64,000 nt of DNA. It comes from Ranitomeya imitator. Its lineage: Eukaryota. The notes under the pieces are model-generated. The model was not told the DNA's origin and did not search any database. It saw only the letters and a program-made list of their open reading frames with translations. The translations under genes and the position numbers were made by a program. Each line of letters starts with the position of its first letter. The first letter of the stretch is position 1. Location: positions 32,860,001-32,924,000 of the forward strand of contig NC_091290.1 in NCBI RefSeq assembly GCF_032444005.1, given 5' to 3'. This document shows positions 1-12,655 of the stretch, piece after piece.

Positions 1-429
1 GAACTTGTGAACAAAAGTACAAATACAAAAACTATAGGCCGCCCCTGATAACCAATGAAAACCATTAGATCACCCATACACATTAGCATAAGGTCAGCTG
101 CCACTTTCTTCATTTTTCACCAAATGGGTAACATGGTATACTATTTTTTCTGTGAAAGCGACGGACTCCTTTACAGTTGGAGTCTGTCTGTCTGGCCTGG
201 CACCGTTTCTGCCCGTGATGTGATGGGCCCTTTCCTTTAAAGAGTTTTGTTATTCTGTTCCCAGTTTACACTCCCTTCAAAAATAACGTTAAGAGGACAG
301 GATCCTACTTATTGAAAGTCAACACCCAATCTTTTCGTTCCGGCTGGAGATAGGCCGCCATCAAAGGCTTGGCAGCGGCTTACTTCACTCTACCTTTTCG
401 GGCACACGGCTAACCAATGCGTTACTTAC

Positions 430-492
430 TTGCTCCCCAGTCTCCGGGTTGATAATATTTTCTTTGTCAAAATTGAATGTTCCTTTCTCATC
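430..492 (-). CDS. DPP3: DPP3 coding exon 12
   Basis: [21 protein letters not shown]|gtaagt. Confidence 0.93.
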
Positions 493-3400
493 CTGGAAAA
501 CATGAAGAAAGACCAGTCCAATAACAAGTAACACGTTGTTCATATGTTGTAACTGGACAGCATTGCACATAACGAGGAAATATAGGTTACCTGGACGAAA
601 AGCTTTCCACTGCCGTGTCCCAATAACTCGTGTAGGCCGACCTGAACTTCAAAAGATGGGCCCCGACACTTTATAAAGACGTCCTAAAGGATGGGAACAG
701 CTGCTATAACGGTCGTGTTCATGGATGCACAAAAGGCGTCGTATATTGTTCAAATTCATTTTAGGTTTTGGGGCAATGATTTTTACTTTTTTATTATAAT
801 ATTTATGTTAAAAAAATATATAAAACTATTACAGAAGTGATTCCTTAAATTAAACTTGGAAAAAAATAAAATTTGATATCCGAGCGCACAGGCCGCTTCA
901 TCAAGCAAGTTACCAAATGAATGTCCAAGAGAAGAGCGCGACATGTAAGGTGCTCCACTAAGATACGAGAACTGGATCATTAAGAAACTGAAGTATCACA
1001 GCTCAGGTTCTTGTTTCAGATGGAAAGGTCAGAGATCTGGAGTCAAGTGGATTCTGATCACGGGTCACAAATCCAAGTAAACACAAAAAGTGTTTAGTTC
1101 CAACCTCTTATATATAATTCCAATGTTTTATTTAGACAATTCTAAAAATTTCTGGGCACCTGAAGGAAAAGAAAAAATCAACACAGAGGAGAGAAAAGCA
1201 ACAAGTTTCGATAGCAGATAGCTCCGATTAACACCGAAACCCTCTTTGTAGATTTTTTTTGGCCTTTGAGACCCATGGATTTTTTTTTTATAATTGTTTA
1301 AATAAAACATTGGAATTTTATCCACCCCAAAGTTTCATCATCCTGTGGACTTAAAATTACCTTTACCAGCCCATGTACAACGTCTTGGTGTAATAACGTC
1401 TTATTCATTTGTTACCTTGCTGGACAATGAGGCCTCTGTTCTCGAAAAGCTAGGATGCGAGTGTGAATGAACACGTACAATATTACAATATACCGAATAC
1501 AGGACCGCTGCTTATGCAGCATCAGCACAGTCTGCGGCACTTCTCAGGTATTCATTACAGCAGTCATAAGTCCCTGTATACGGTATATACTGTACCTTGT
1601 CTTCTTCGGATAGGAAGGTCAGCTTATCGCGCTCCGTCGCATAACCGACCGATAAAACATTCCCCAATGAAACATTCTTAAATCCAACGCTCTGTCTGAT
1701 GTCATCATCTGCGAAAATACAGACACAGAGAGCATTTTATATCCCCTAGAATTAAAGGTCAATGTACTATTTTTTCCAAAAATAACCCAGTGATACACAA
1801 GTAGATCAGTTTAGGTCCTCCAGTCTATTCCTCCAGTGAAGTCGGACATACAGCAGGCGAAATAAGTATTGAACACATCAACCAATATATTTCTAAAGGT
1901 GCTACTGAGATAAAATTCTCACCAGACGTCAGTAACAACCCATCCAATCCACACAGTCAAAGAAATCGAACCACAGGTGTCCATAAATTCTTTGCAAACA
2001 GAACGATCATTAATAAGACGGCTCTGTGAACAAAGCATTCTCGGCAGCACGTGTTCTGTTTACACAGGAGGATGTGCTGTCGATGATGATCGTTAAGCTG
2101 GTTTAGTAAGCATCGCAGCAGATATTTGGAAACAAGAATTCCTTAGAAAGCACTTTCCATGATCATCAGCCCATGTAAACGGACCTCAAGCTGGTTTTAT
2201 ATGTTCACTGCACTTGGATTTTAATACTTGTCCCCCCACTCCAAACCTGACCTAACTGTCTCATATACGTCCAGTTGGAACAGGTATTATAATCCAAGAA
2301 TTGTCCATGTTTCATGGTCGTGTGAGAAATTTTCATGTACACTTGCGCGCCTACATTCTCACTTTGCAAGATATGCACTATTTTTATAGAAACGGTGACA
2401 AACTCCACTAAATCCCATTCATTAAAGGGGATATCTGGGACTTTACAAAAAAACAAAACATTTATCTAAGCACTAATAGGCAGGTAATTACAGCTTACTT
2501 GCCTGTTGTGCACGGCGCCATTCTTCCCCGGTACAGAGCAATCACAGACCGCTCCTGTCGTGGATTCAGCTGCTTCTAATGACGTAACGTCTACAGAGCG
2601 CAAGCTTCTTTTCCAGTCCACTCTGTCGACAGGGTGGGATTTCTGAGCTCATCCTGATTGACAGCTTTATTCCCGCTGCCTAACTGGGGGAGCCGACTGT
2701 CAATCAAAATGACTTGGAAGTGCCGCCCTGTGAAGACACCAGAGGCAGCGAAATCCCCGGCAGGAGTGGTCTGTTACCGCTCTGTGACGGGGAGGAGAGG
2801 CGCCGTGAACAACAGGAAGGCAAGTTGCAATTACCTGCCTGTTAATGCTTAGATACATTTTGTTTTTTTGTAAAGTCTCGGATATACCTTTTAAGAATGT
2901 TGCTCAGGTGAAGTCAATAAGTATACAATTCAGCAGATTCCTGCATAAACAAGAGTGTATGGATTGTTTAAATATTAAAGGGGTTGTCCAGGCTTGGGAT
3001 GAAAGTCTGAATCATGGCAGCATGTGGCGCAAGCTATGAGGATTCTCCGATATTGCTGATGAGCGCAGGTATGCAATTTGTAGATTTCCAGTTACGTTCA
3101 GACTAGACGTGGGCGTTTTCTCTCAGTGCACTTCTATAGGGAGAGAGGACGAGCACGTCTAGTTGGCATGTGGCCACAGGTATGCTTCTGCACACAGGGC
3201 AGGACAGGGCTGCACCGTAACGGTTCAACACCTGGCCGGTTTCATTCTCAGGTCCTACTATCTCATGATTTTACACAACTATGCACCAACTGCATGTAGT
3301 TCTGAATCAGATTGAAGCATATTATGGGCCCAAATCTGGTCTTGTGACCTAAACTAACAGCCTTAGAGCCATATGTGAGAGTAACAGTAAGGATCAAGAG

Positions 3401-6400
3401 ACCCGCAATGAAAGGTTAAATATAACCAGCACGCGTCTTATTCAGCAGGTATCAATAACCCAAAATCACATACTAATAGGCAAGTAACCCGGTGTAACCT
3501 TACAGTTTGGGATGTTGATGCCAGCAGGGATGCCACTGCCACTAAATGTAACTACATCCAATGAGGTGAAGTCAGGCCGGAGGAAAGTGTCCTTCTCATA
3601 CGTAGACGGCCATGGAAGCGATGCAACTAGCCGTTCTGCTGCAGAGACTAGCTGAGCAAAGCGAGCACTCACTAGCTTGTTAACCACAGCCACAAAGCCT
3701 GAAAAACAAAACAGAACAGCTAGTTACAAGACAATAAAGCAAGATGGTCGTAATGAATAAAGTTTGAAAAAAACCACGAAAATGCCATTATTCTCTTCTG
3801 CTCTCCTGTCACGAACCCCTAGAAGACCTGGAGTTAGACAGTCAAGTCGGGTAATGAATCACAGGTCTTCTTTAGAGATGGTGTGATTCATGTCCTGTTT
3901 TAAATGGATTTGGTTTCCTTTGGTGCTGAGAGGGTTAAGGACTCTTTCCATGCTAGCTGAGACCATACAGCCTTGTTGTTGTTAGCTGCAACTGCTTATC
4001 ATTTACTCCATCTATATATCCTGGCTCTGGACAGTTAGTCCCTGCTGGTGAAAGATTTGTCTTTCTGTGCAGAGTGCTAATGCTAACTGGTTGGAGCGGA
4101 GTTGCAGTAGTAGTGATATGAAGTTCATGTGTGTTTATCTCCTATTCCCTTTTCCCCATTTAGTCTATTCCTCCCTGTCCCTATTCTCTTCCCTACTGCT
4201 GGTTAGTGCTTTTGCATGATAGAGGTTTTCTGTTATCCCTGTTTTGTCTTTGTGTCTTGTTTACCTTACTTTTCTGTCCCATGCCTCATGGTGTGAGCAT
4301 AGTAAGGTCGGAGACTGGGGCCTCTCTACCATCAAGAGTACCCCGGGATGTGGATAGTTAGGGTCCCATTTCCATGGACAGTTTGGGGCCCCTCTCCCTT
4401 ACCGAAGACCGTCACAGTGTGACACCTTCTTATAATACATTGCCTCCGTTGCTCCGTTCAGCTACTTCTGGCCACAATGGGTGACGCTCACTAATTTCTG
4501 CTTTGAATGGAGCAGCAGAGCACATGCAATTGTAATGTCCCCCATACCAGTCTGTTACCCCCCATTCACTAGATAGGAGATAATTTGTTTAAACCCAAAT
4601 ATTCCTTTAAAAGTGAAAACAAAATTATATAAAATTCCTAAAAAGTGGTTCCAATTTTATAATTCTCTGGATCTCACCTTCAAATTCTCCACGGGAACCA
4701 AAAGGGTCTCTATAACTTTCAATGAATCCAATGTAGCTGTAATGAAAGGTCGACTGTTAAACATGTGCTCCTCGTATATTCTTACTCTCCCCACCTCCCT
4801 CGTCTTTTCCGACCTCTCCACTATTGGTCCTTTGTCCTGCACCCAGTATTTGGAGCCCTCTTTATGAGCTTGGATGGACCCTTCCTGAAAGCTGCGTCCA
4901 TACTCCTCCAGCATTTTCCTTTGGTTTTCATTGGAAGCGTAGACCTATAATAATGGAGGAAAATAAAAGTATGGTCACAAAGGAGATTTATTTCAGAAGC
5001 CAGGAGCAGCAGGGTGGTGACCACTAAAGGAGCGCATGTGTAGAGAGCAATTCAGAGGCAATTTTCACTTGTTTCTTTCTCAAACCGTCCTTTAAAAGTG
5101 TTTTCTGATGAAAACAAAGTGATCACCTATATACAGGATAAGTGATAATTTATTGATTAGTAGAGGCAGACCTTTGGCACTCGCACTCTGTGCATTCCCT
5201 ATGGGGGCACCCCATGCATTCCATATAGGGGCACCCCATGCATTCCCTATAGAACTGGTCAGCTCTTTCCAGCAACTCCTTAGGGAATGGACCAGCAGTG
5301 CACATGCATTCCTTGGGGGGGCACTCAACGCATTCCCTATGGGGGGCACTCAACGCATTCCCTATGGGTCTACTCAGCTCTTTCCAGCATCTCCTTAGGG
5401 AATGGACCAGCAGTTGATCATGTGCACTGCCTCTCCATTCTCACCAGGACAATAGATCCCTGAATAGCTCCCTGTTCTGCCGATCTGTATTGATTCCAGA
5501 GGTTGGATCCCACCAATCAGTAAGTTATCATCTCTCCTGTAGATAGGTGATAACTTGTTTTCATTAGACAACCCCTATAATTGCAGAAAATTCCTTTAAT
5601 GATTGCTGGGGGGGTCCAGTTTCTGAGATCACCGATCCTGAGAACCAAGAGGTCACTGCCCTGAAGCACCTGCCCCATTTTCCATTGCACTAAGGCACTC
5701 CTGGCTATGAGGATACTGCAATGGACAGCACTGCATTACGTGGGCTGGAAAAATGTCCTTCTGAAGAGGAAAAGCTGAAGATCGTGCATCCTAATTTTAA
5801 AGGCTCATGGAGGGGTACTAAAGGTTGGACCCCAGTAACCATTTACCGAGGTCATTCTGGCCACATACTATCACTTACTGAGATGCAAATACCCGCTTTA
5901 ACTCTTCTGAATTATCCACAAAACCAAGCTTGTGATAAAATACACATTATATATTTTCCTTTAAGTGCAGGCTATAAGGTACATAGACCCTGGAGTCCGA
6001 AGCAGCGTTCTGTAGAGAAGGACATACCTTGGCTTTCTCCAGGTTTTCCCTCACCCTGAGTAGTAAGGGAGAGTAATCCCCCCTTGTGACTTGTATTTCG
6101 TGGCCTTCAAACTCAAATTGTCCCAAGAGCTTTGACAGATCAGACGATACATCCTCAGATCCTACAGAGATGAAAGGAAGGCCTATAAATAAAGGCAATG
6201 TCAGGTGTAGACGTCACTTTCCTGCTCACCACCCCTTTTAATCGCTCACCTTCTTTGCTGACCGATGCCAGACGAACTTCATACTTGGTTCTGCCACCGT
6301 CGTCCTCAGTTTTGAATAGTCGCGTGTTGTAGGCACTAAGGCTCTACGACAAGAGGAGAATCAGCGGACCTGACAGGCATGGAATCCCAGGAGATGAGTG

Positions 6401-9381
6401 AGCAGAACAACGTGATGCATTTACCTTTGAGTCGAGGAACTTCTGAATCAGTTCGGCATCTTCCAATGTGCAATTTGCAGAAAAATAAGTGCTAATCCCC
6501 TACGAGAACATAAGTATAAAAAAATTATATAAATAGTGATGTTTTAGCAAAGAAGCGCCAACAATCTGAAACAGTCATAGAATTAGTATTTTCAGATTTA
6601 TAATCCAAAAAAAGAGTGCACTGAAAGGGGACGTCCGGAACTTAATGGGGTATTCCCATCTCCAAGATCCTATCCCAATAAGTAGTAGGTGTCATAATAA
6701 TAATATTAGCAAATACTTCCAATTACAAATATAGTATAGTTTTGTTTTTTATCTCTTTCCTCATGTGCAGGCATTGCAGGACCTCAAGTATAAAGGGTTA
6801 CGACCAAGTGGTCGTAACCATGGATACATAAGGTCCTGCAATGCCTGCACATGAGGAAAGTGAGACTGTCAGTACAGAATGACTGTTCAAACCAAGCTCA
6901 GGTGCTATGTGCACCCTTGGAATGGCCAGGCATTAAAGTACACCTTCCCATCTGCTTATTTTCCCTTTATCTCCACCCTCCCTACTTTGAATGACAGCTC
7001 TGGTTTTATAGATGAAGAGTAAGGAAAGAAATGGAAATCAAGTCGGTGGGAAGGTGTATGTAAATGTATAGCCAATGGGTACACTGAGCGCTAGTGCTTG
7101 GTTTGAACAGTCATTCTGTGCTCCTTTTCATACGTACGCAATGCTTTGTTACATTGCGCCGTTCCTAAATGACTCCTCCTGGAAATGTTAGCCTGAATAA
7201 CGTTACCCTTACTCATGTCTCAGATCCGGCCACTTACATGGTCCCCTAGGCCCAGCTGTTTCTCCTGCGGCTCCAGTGAGTACATGCCGCCTTCCACCAT
7301 CTTCCACAGGGCTTCCATCCCTTCTGGATCTTTAGTGAAGGCCTCACTTGCGCGCAGCAGCTTCTCCAGCTTCTCCTGCACAGAGAACAGTCAGCAATGA
7401 CAACATCTATACAAAAACTTTCTCTTCACCACTGGAAAGACCTTACCTTAGGAACATTAGGAACAAACTTTGTATCTCCAAAGGATTTGTAGTTTCCCAT
7501 ATTGGCAAAAAATCCAGCAGTGTAAACTAGGAGGGCCTGCAAGAATAAGAGGGGATACAGGATGTCCATGCGTCCTTACCATCACCGCACCGTAGACCCC
7601 ACAGCTCGCGTCACTACAGGGCACGGTGCTATACATCATTTGTACATAGTGTGCAGATCTGCACTGGATAGAGAGACTGCACAATATGATATATTCTGTC
7701 ATGAGACTCCGGCAATTATTTGCTCAGGTTGTGAAAACATGAATGATCAATTCGCAGTCGTAGATGTCATCTTCACCATTACAATCTCCAGCGAAGGGAA
7801 GGAACGTCTACAACTCAAATTTATGGAACTCCCTCTTCTTTTGCCATTAAAGGCGTTATCTGGGACTGTTTAATTTTTTAACCAAGGGCCTGAGAACTAA
7901 CATGCAGGTAGTTGCTTCCAATCTGCCTGCCTGTTGTGCCCGACACCAATCTCTACCAACTCAGAGTGGTCACAGACCGCTCCTGCCGGCGATTCAGCGG
8001 ATTTTGTTGACGAAACTTTGACAGAGCAGCGGTTTCTTTTCCGCTCTGCTCTGTTGACGGGGTGTGACTGCGGACGTCATGCTGATTGACAGCCAGATCT
8101 CCACTGCCTAACTGCGGGGAGCCGGCTGTCAATCAGCATGATGGCAGTCACGCCCAGTTGCTACCCATCTGCCTGCCTGTTGTGCCCGACACCAATCTCT
8201 ACCATCTCATAGTGGTCACAGACCGCTCCTGCCGGCGATTCAGCGGATTTTGTTGACGAAACTTTGACAGAGCAGCGGCTTCTTTTCCGCTCTGCTCTGT
8301 TTACGGGGTGTGACTGCTGACGTCATGCTGATTGACAGCCAGATCTCCACTGCCTAACTGCGGGGAGCCGGCTGTCAATCAGCATGACGATGGCAGTCAC
8401 GCCCAGTCGATAGAGCAGACCGGAAGAACAGCTGGTCTGTTGATGTGTAGCAGCTGACTTGCCGGTGACCTCTCTGTACCGGCTGGTAGTTGCCACTCTT
8501 AGCAGCTACACACCTGTTAATTTTTAAGTCCATAGTAAAAATTAAAATTGTCCTTGACAAAATGTATCCCCTATCCACAGGTTAAGTATAAAATGTATGA
8601 TTGGTGTGAGTTCCACTGCTGGGACAAGAATGGTGGTCACATGATCACGTGTGGAGAAGTGGTCCGCACATCTAGTCTATGGGACCTCTGCTCACACATG
8701 CACAGAACCGCTGGATTCACATGGATCCCAGTAGTCAGACCCTCACCGATCCTGTGGTTAGATAATTGTTTGTGGGACAACACCTTCTAACAGGATATAG
8801 GTGCTTAAACCGTGCTTTTACTCACACCGTACCCCCAAGGTAGAGAGTCCATTGACTATTCTGGCTCTGCTCACTTCCATGGAGGTAAATGGAGTAAGTA
8901 ACGCCACGTCTGCAGATATCTGTTGGGCCATGTGTTCGATCGGCACATATCAATCTCATGAGTTAGTACTTGTAAGGGCAGGTGCATGGGAACAGCCGCT
9001 CGTGACCATTCAGATACCTGTATAAGTGACAATACCTGCCCCACTCGCCTCCCGATACAGAAGGGAGTGGAGCCGGAATCCCCCTTTAATAAGTTTACAC
9101 ACACATACCTGGTAGTCCTCATCGGTCATCCCCTGGGCCTGGGCCACTCCATGCAGCACAGAGGGCTCCTGCGCCCGGAAGAGCCTGTTAAGCAGAATGT
9201 ATATGGCTGGAGATTCAGGCGAGGTCTGGAAGAGAACGATCAGTCCTCCGTAAAATGATGCTCGAGACAAATAATGGGTGTAAAGCTTCTCCTCCGCCGA
9301 TAGAAGTGAAAAGGCCTCTTCACAATCAAGTAAAGCAACGGGAAGGTCATTGGGGAGGACGTACTGAGACGTGGCGGCCAT
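430..9381 (-). CDS. DPP3: Dipeptidyl peptidase 3 (M49 zinc metallopeptidase), 5' part; gene continues past the left edge
   Basis: Coding exons: 9381-9109, 7536-7447, 7375-7238, 6499-6425, 6343-6250, 6161-6028, 4944-4814, 4736-4678, 3698-3504, 1708-1596, 683-591, 492-430. Total 1458 nt = 486 codons, all GT-AG, phases consistent. Starts [24 protein letters not shown]; contains the HELLGH zinc motif (615-632). Confidence 0.97.
591..683 (-). CDS. DPP3: DPP3 coding exon 11 (HELLGH zinc-binding motif)
   Basis: [31 protein letters not shown]. Confidence 0.97.
1596..1708 (-). CDS. DPP3: DPP3 coding exon 10
   Basis: [38 protein letters not shown]. Confidence 0.95.
1851..1990 (+). mobile_element. Tc1-like transposon terminal fragment
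   Basis: TA|CAGCAGGCGAAATAAGTATTGAACAC resembles a Tc1 TIR end; no transposase. Confidence 0.5.
2426..2890. mobile_element. TTAA-flanked MITE (T2/Kolobok-like)
   Basis: TTAA at 2422-2425 and 2891-2894; imperfect TIRs of about 50 bp; interior similar to 7851-8560. Confidence 0.75.
3504..3698 (-). CDS. DPP3: DPP3 coding exon 9
   Basis: [13 protein letters not shown]...[24 protein letters not shown]. Confidence 0.95.
3807..4424. mobile_element. Possible solo LTR (Gypsy-like)
   Basis: TGTCACG...GTGTGACA ends, 618 bp; no matching TSD seen. Confidence 0.45.
4678..4736 (-). CDS. DPP3: DPP3 coding exon 8
   Basis: [19 protein letters not shown]. Confidence 0.95.
4814..4944 (-). CDS. DPP3: DPP3 coding exon 7
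   Basis: [43 protein letters not shown]; weak donor gtcgga. Confidence 0.92.
5190..5412. repeat. Composite tandem repeat
   Basis: Units of 22-23 bp (GCATTCCCTATGGGGGCAC...) plus a duplicated CAGCTCTTTCCAGCA...GGAATGGACCAGCAGT block. Confidence 0.7.
6028..6161 (-). CDS. DPP3: DPP3 coding exon 6
   Basis: [30 protein letters not shown]|gtatgt. Confidence 0.93.
6250..6343 (-). CDS. DPP3: DPP3 coding exon 5
   Basis: [28 protein letters not shown]. Confidence 0.93.
6425..6499 (-). CDS. DPP3: DPP3 coding exon 4
   Basis: [25 protein letters not shown]. Confidence 0.93.
7238..7375 (-). CDS. DPP3: DPP3 coding exon 3
   Basis: [13 protein letters not shown]...QLGLGDH|gtaagt. Confidence 0.93.
7447..7536 (-). 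CDS. DPP3: DPP3 coding exon 2
   Basis: [30 protein letters not shown], cag|...|gtaagg. Confidence 0.95.
7851..8560. mobile_element. TTAA-type MITE with an internal 246 bp tandem duplication
   Basis: 7921 and 8167 begin near-identical 240 bp blocks; same family as 2426-2890; right boundary approximate. Confidence 0.65.
9109..9381 (-). CDS. DPP3: DPP3 first coding exon
   Basis: ATG at 9381, acceptor before 9400, ends EDYQ|gtatgt; 273 nt. Confidence 0.95.
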
Positions 9382-10089
9382 GATTCCAACAACGGTGTCC
9401 CTGAAAGATACAAAGAGGAGATTTGTCTTATTCCAACCACAGCCGGCGAGAAGACAGCGGAGCGATGACCGGTGGCCATTGTCCTTTAGGCCATTCTCTA
9501 TGCTAGAGAGACTAGAAAAGGGACCCAACACTCTGCATTAATGTTGATTCTATGGAACTTGTTTCACAATTAAAGGGGGTTTCCAGGGCATAAGATATTT
9601 ATGACCCATGCGCATTTAGGAAATCTCCAGTGATAAATATCCGTAGCGTAGGATTGACCAAGACTGGATGACTCATGAGTAATAGACATAAGGGACATCA
9701 CACTAGGGCAGTCCCACAACGCCTCCCTGTATACAGCAGAAGGTTTATAAGCAGGACCTATATACCGGTGCCTCACATTCACCATATACTGCTTTGGTTG
9801 ATCGTGACCAGGAAAATGCCATTATCCAGACTATGTGGGGTCTCCAGCACCGCCGTGGTCGGCTACGACGCCTGGCCCTTCTGATAACTTTATGTCACAG
9901 AAGTAAATTGATGTCATCAAGGGTCAACAGAACGTGACGGATTAATGCTCCTCGAACCTCAGACAGGAGGAATTAGTGACAGGCTCCATTATTACTGCCA
10001 TGTGCAATGATCACGGCTGCAAAGCACTGGGGAATATGGAGGTGCTATAGACGGAAATTGTATGTTTTACTCTAAAAATTTAATATTGC

Positions 10090-10934
10090 CCTCCATCCTC
10101 TACTAATGCTACCTATCCTGGGCTCTTTGCGGTAATAATGCCCAACGTCCCGTGCCCCTTTCGGTAAGAATGTTTCCAATCCTGGGTCCCCTCCTGGTAT
10201 ATTGTCCCCCAAGCTTGGCAACCTTCCTAATATGTCCCCATCCTGCAACCCTTCCTGTATAAAATCCCCCATTCTGGGCCACTCCCTGGTATAAAGTTCT
10301 CCATCCAAAGCCCCTTCCTGGTATAATATCCCTCATCCCAGGCCCCTTCCTGCATAATATCCCCCATCCTAGGCCCCTTCCTGGCATAATATCCCCCATC
10401 CTAGGCCCCTTCCTGGCATAATATCCCTCATCCTAGGCCCCTTCCTGGCATAATATCCCTCATCCTAGGCCCCTTCCTGGCATAATATCCCTCATCCTAG
10501 GTCCCTTCCTGGCATAATATCCCTCATCCTAGGCCCCTTCCTGCATAATATCCCCCATCCTAGGCCCCTTCCTGGCATAATATCCCCCATCCTAGGCCCC
10601 TTCCTGGCATAATATCCCTCATCCTAGGCCCCTTACTGGCATAATATCCCTCATCCTAGGCCCCTTCCTGGCATAATATCCCTCATCCTAGGCCCCTTCC
10701 TGGCATAATATCCCTCATCCCAGGCCCCTTCCTGCATAATATCCCCCATCCTAGGCCCCTTCCTGGCATAATATCCCCCATCCTAGGCCCCTTCCTGGCA
10801 TAATATCCCTCATCCTAGGCCCCTTCCTGGCATAATATCCCTCATCCCAGGCCCCTTCCTGCATAATATCCCCCATCCTAGGCCCCTTCCTGGCATAATA
10901 TCCCCCATCCTAGGCCCCTTCCTGGCATAATATC
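10090..10934. repeat. 32 bp minisatellite in DPP3 intron 1
   Basis: ATATCCC(C/T)CATCCTAGGCCCCTTCCTGGCATA; about 19 clean copies from ~10320 plus degenerate copies to the left. Confidence 0.95.
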
Positions 10935-11445
10935 CAGCAAAACGAGGCAGAGCTTCTTACCTGCCAAGGCCTCTAAACAAATGCACTATCAGGATGCAGT
11001 GGACCCATGTGGTTAAGATGGAGACAGCACAGGTGCAGCATAACCGATGAGGCAGCCACTCTCAACCTACCAAACTAATGGAGGGGGTGGCTGCTTGGCA
11101 CATTGCTGCACATAAAAGACTTGTATGTGGCGCTGTTCACACAATGGAGATGCACAGCATCCAGGCAGGCCTAGTAGTGACACCCTTCTATTAGATCAGG
11201 CGGGCTGACCAGCGCTATCCAAATGCACCCCATGTGCACAGACACCACAGTTTACAAGACAAAAATGGGCCCAACTGCATCCCGAAAAAAAGTGCAAAAA
11301 ACACAAAAAAATATAAAAAAAAATTTTGTGAGGTATTAGTTTATACTTTGGCCAAAATACGCAAGCTCGTAACCCGCGACAAGGGTCCTCACGCTTACGA
11401 GTCCTAATTCTAAACAGCAAGAGCACAAGAAGAGATCTCTGAATC
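10935..11445 (-). mobile_element. Single copy of the ~530 nt non-coding repeat also found at 61858-63061
   Basis: Shares long near-identical blocks (e.g. CAAACTAATGGAGGGGGTGGCTGCTTGGCACA, GGAGATGCACAGCATCCAGGC) with the 62 kb copies. Confidence 0.85.
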
Positions 11446-11947
11446 CTTAGACAGGGAACAGCAATGGACCAGGGGAGGGTGAGTTTTTTTTTTTTTTAAA
11501 CAAACTGCAGCCTGGAACAGGACTTTTCCAAAACCCCTTTAAGGCGATCATCCTTCTCAATCAATCCCAATCAATCTTCTCAATCAATCCCTCATCTCTT
11601 CGGCTGCATGGAAAGCAGTGTAATGCCTCATGTGCCCTGTGGGGGCGCTGCAGGGAAACTAAACATTTGCAGCCAGATTGTGCCACAAATCACTGCAGGA
11701 CAAATAGGTGGATTGTGCTAATTGGCTGGAACCCTCGCCTCCTGTAGCACTATTAATTAGTTAATTATACAGGGGCGTGTCTAAGTTTTTGGTACAAGTC
11801 TCCCTTAAAGGGGTTGTCGGCGTGCAGCATATGTGAATGCCAGACTGGTGAGGCACCATTGTGCACACACAGCTCAGCCCCGTCCACACATTACGTCATT
11901 CTCATTCATACGCTCCTCAGACACCGTCTTTTTGGCTGAGCTCGTGA

Positions 11948-12255
11948 TGACGTCACGCCACGGACACACTGCCATTGTGGAGTCACACGCTCCGCTCACC
12001 TGCTGCGGCTCCAAGGAACAGAGGGGCAAGAAAAAGCCACTTCCGGGATACAGCACGCGTCGCCTCAATACCCCGCCCACAAAGCGCTCGAACCAATCAA
12101 CAGCGCAGATACAGCAGAAGAGGGCGTGACTGAACGGCATAAAGCGGAGACGACATTCTGCGCTCAACCAATGAGGGCTACACATTTAAAAGATTGACAG
12201 CTACTTCGACCTATGAGAGATAAGAAAGGATTGACGCCGGTCTCGATTAACCAAT
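11948..12255 (-). promoter_or_regulatory. DPP3 TATA-less housekeeping-type promoter
   Basis: ETS site ACTTCCGG 12049-12056, GC box CCCCGCCCAC 12071-12080, CCAAT boxes at 12093, 12168, 12251, full CRE TGACGTCA 11948-11955; local CpG enrichment. Confidence 0.6.
12000..12060 (-). other. DPP3: Probable non-coding first exon of DPP3
   Basis: CAG|GTGAGC donor at 12000/11999 in a CpG-rich patch; the ATG exon has an acceptor only 20 nt upstream of the ATG; the TSS is a guess. Confidence 0.6.
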
Positions 12256-12466
12256 CATAACTGTTTAGACAATGAAATGGGTTTGTGGTGGATGCTATTT
12301 ACTGGCCATAGGTGTAATAATGGCTGCCGCCATTGCGTCCAGGACTCCATTAAAAGCTATGAGAATTCCAGTAATCGGCATGTTCTGCTTGTTTTTCTCC
12401 TTTCCTGCAGCTCTTATAGGCTATTGCCAGCTATAAACCCCTTTTACGTCTTAAAACTGGTTTTAA

Positions 12467-12655
12467 AGGGGTATTCCTATCTTGAGAACGGGGCCCTGTC
12501 TCGTGGCCTTGTGGCTGGAGAGATGCCTGTACCTGTTCCATTCACTTCTATGGGAGCTGAGGAAAAATATGCCGCATTGTCGAACGTCCTAGAGGAGCGA
12601 GCTTTATACTGTATATAGCCATTTATGGCTGATTTCTTGTATACAGAACACCCCT
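12467..12655. mobile_element. TTAA-flanked MITE
   Basis: TTAA|AGGGGTATTC...GAACACCCCT|TTAA. Confidence 0.7.

Noticed and set aside
1-429. Next DPP3 exon (SWY...EECRAE) or an intronic snoRNA near 300-385
   Set aside because: No matching translation, so the exon is outside the window; the GCCGC/GCGGC hairpin lacks clear C/D or H/ACA boxes
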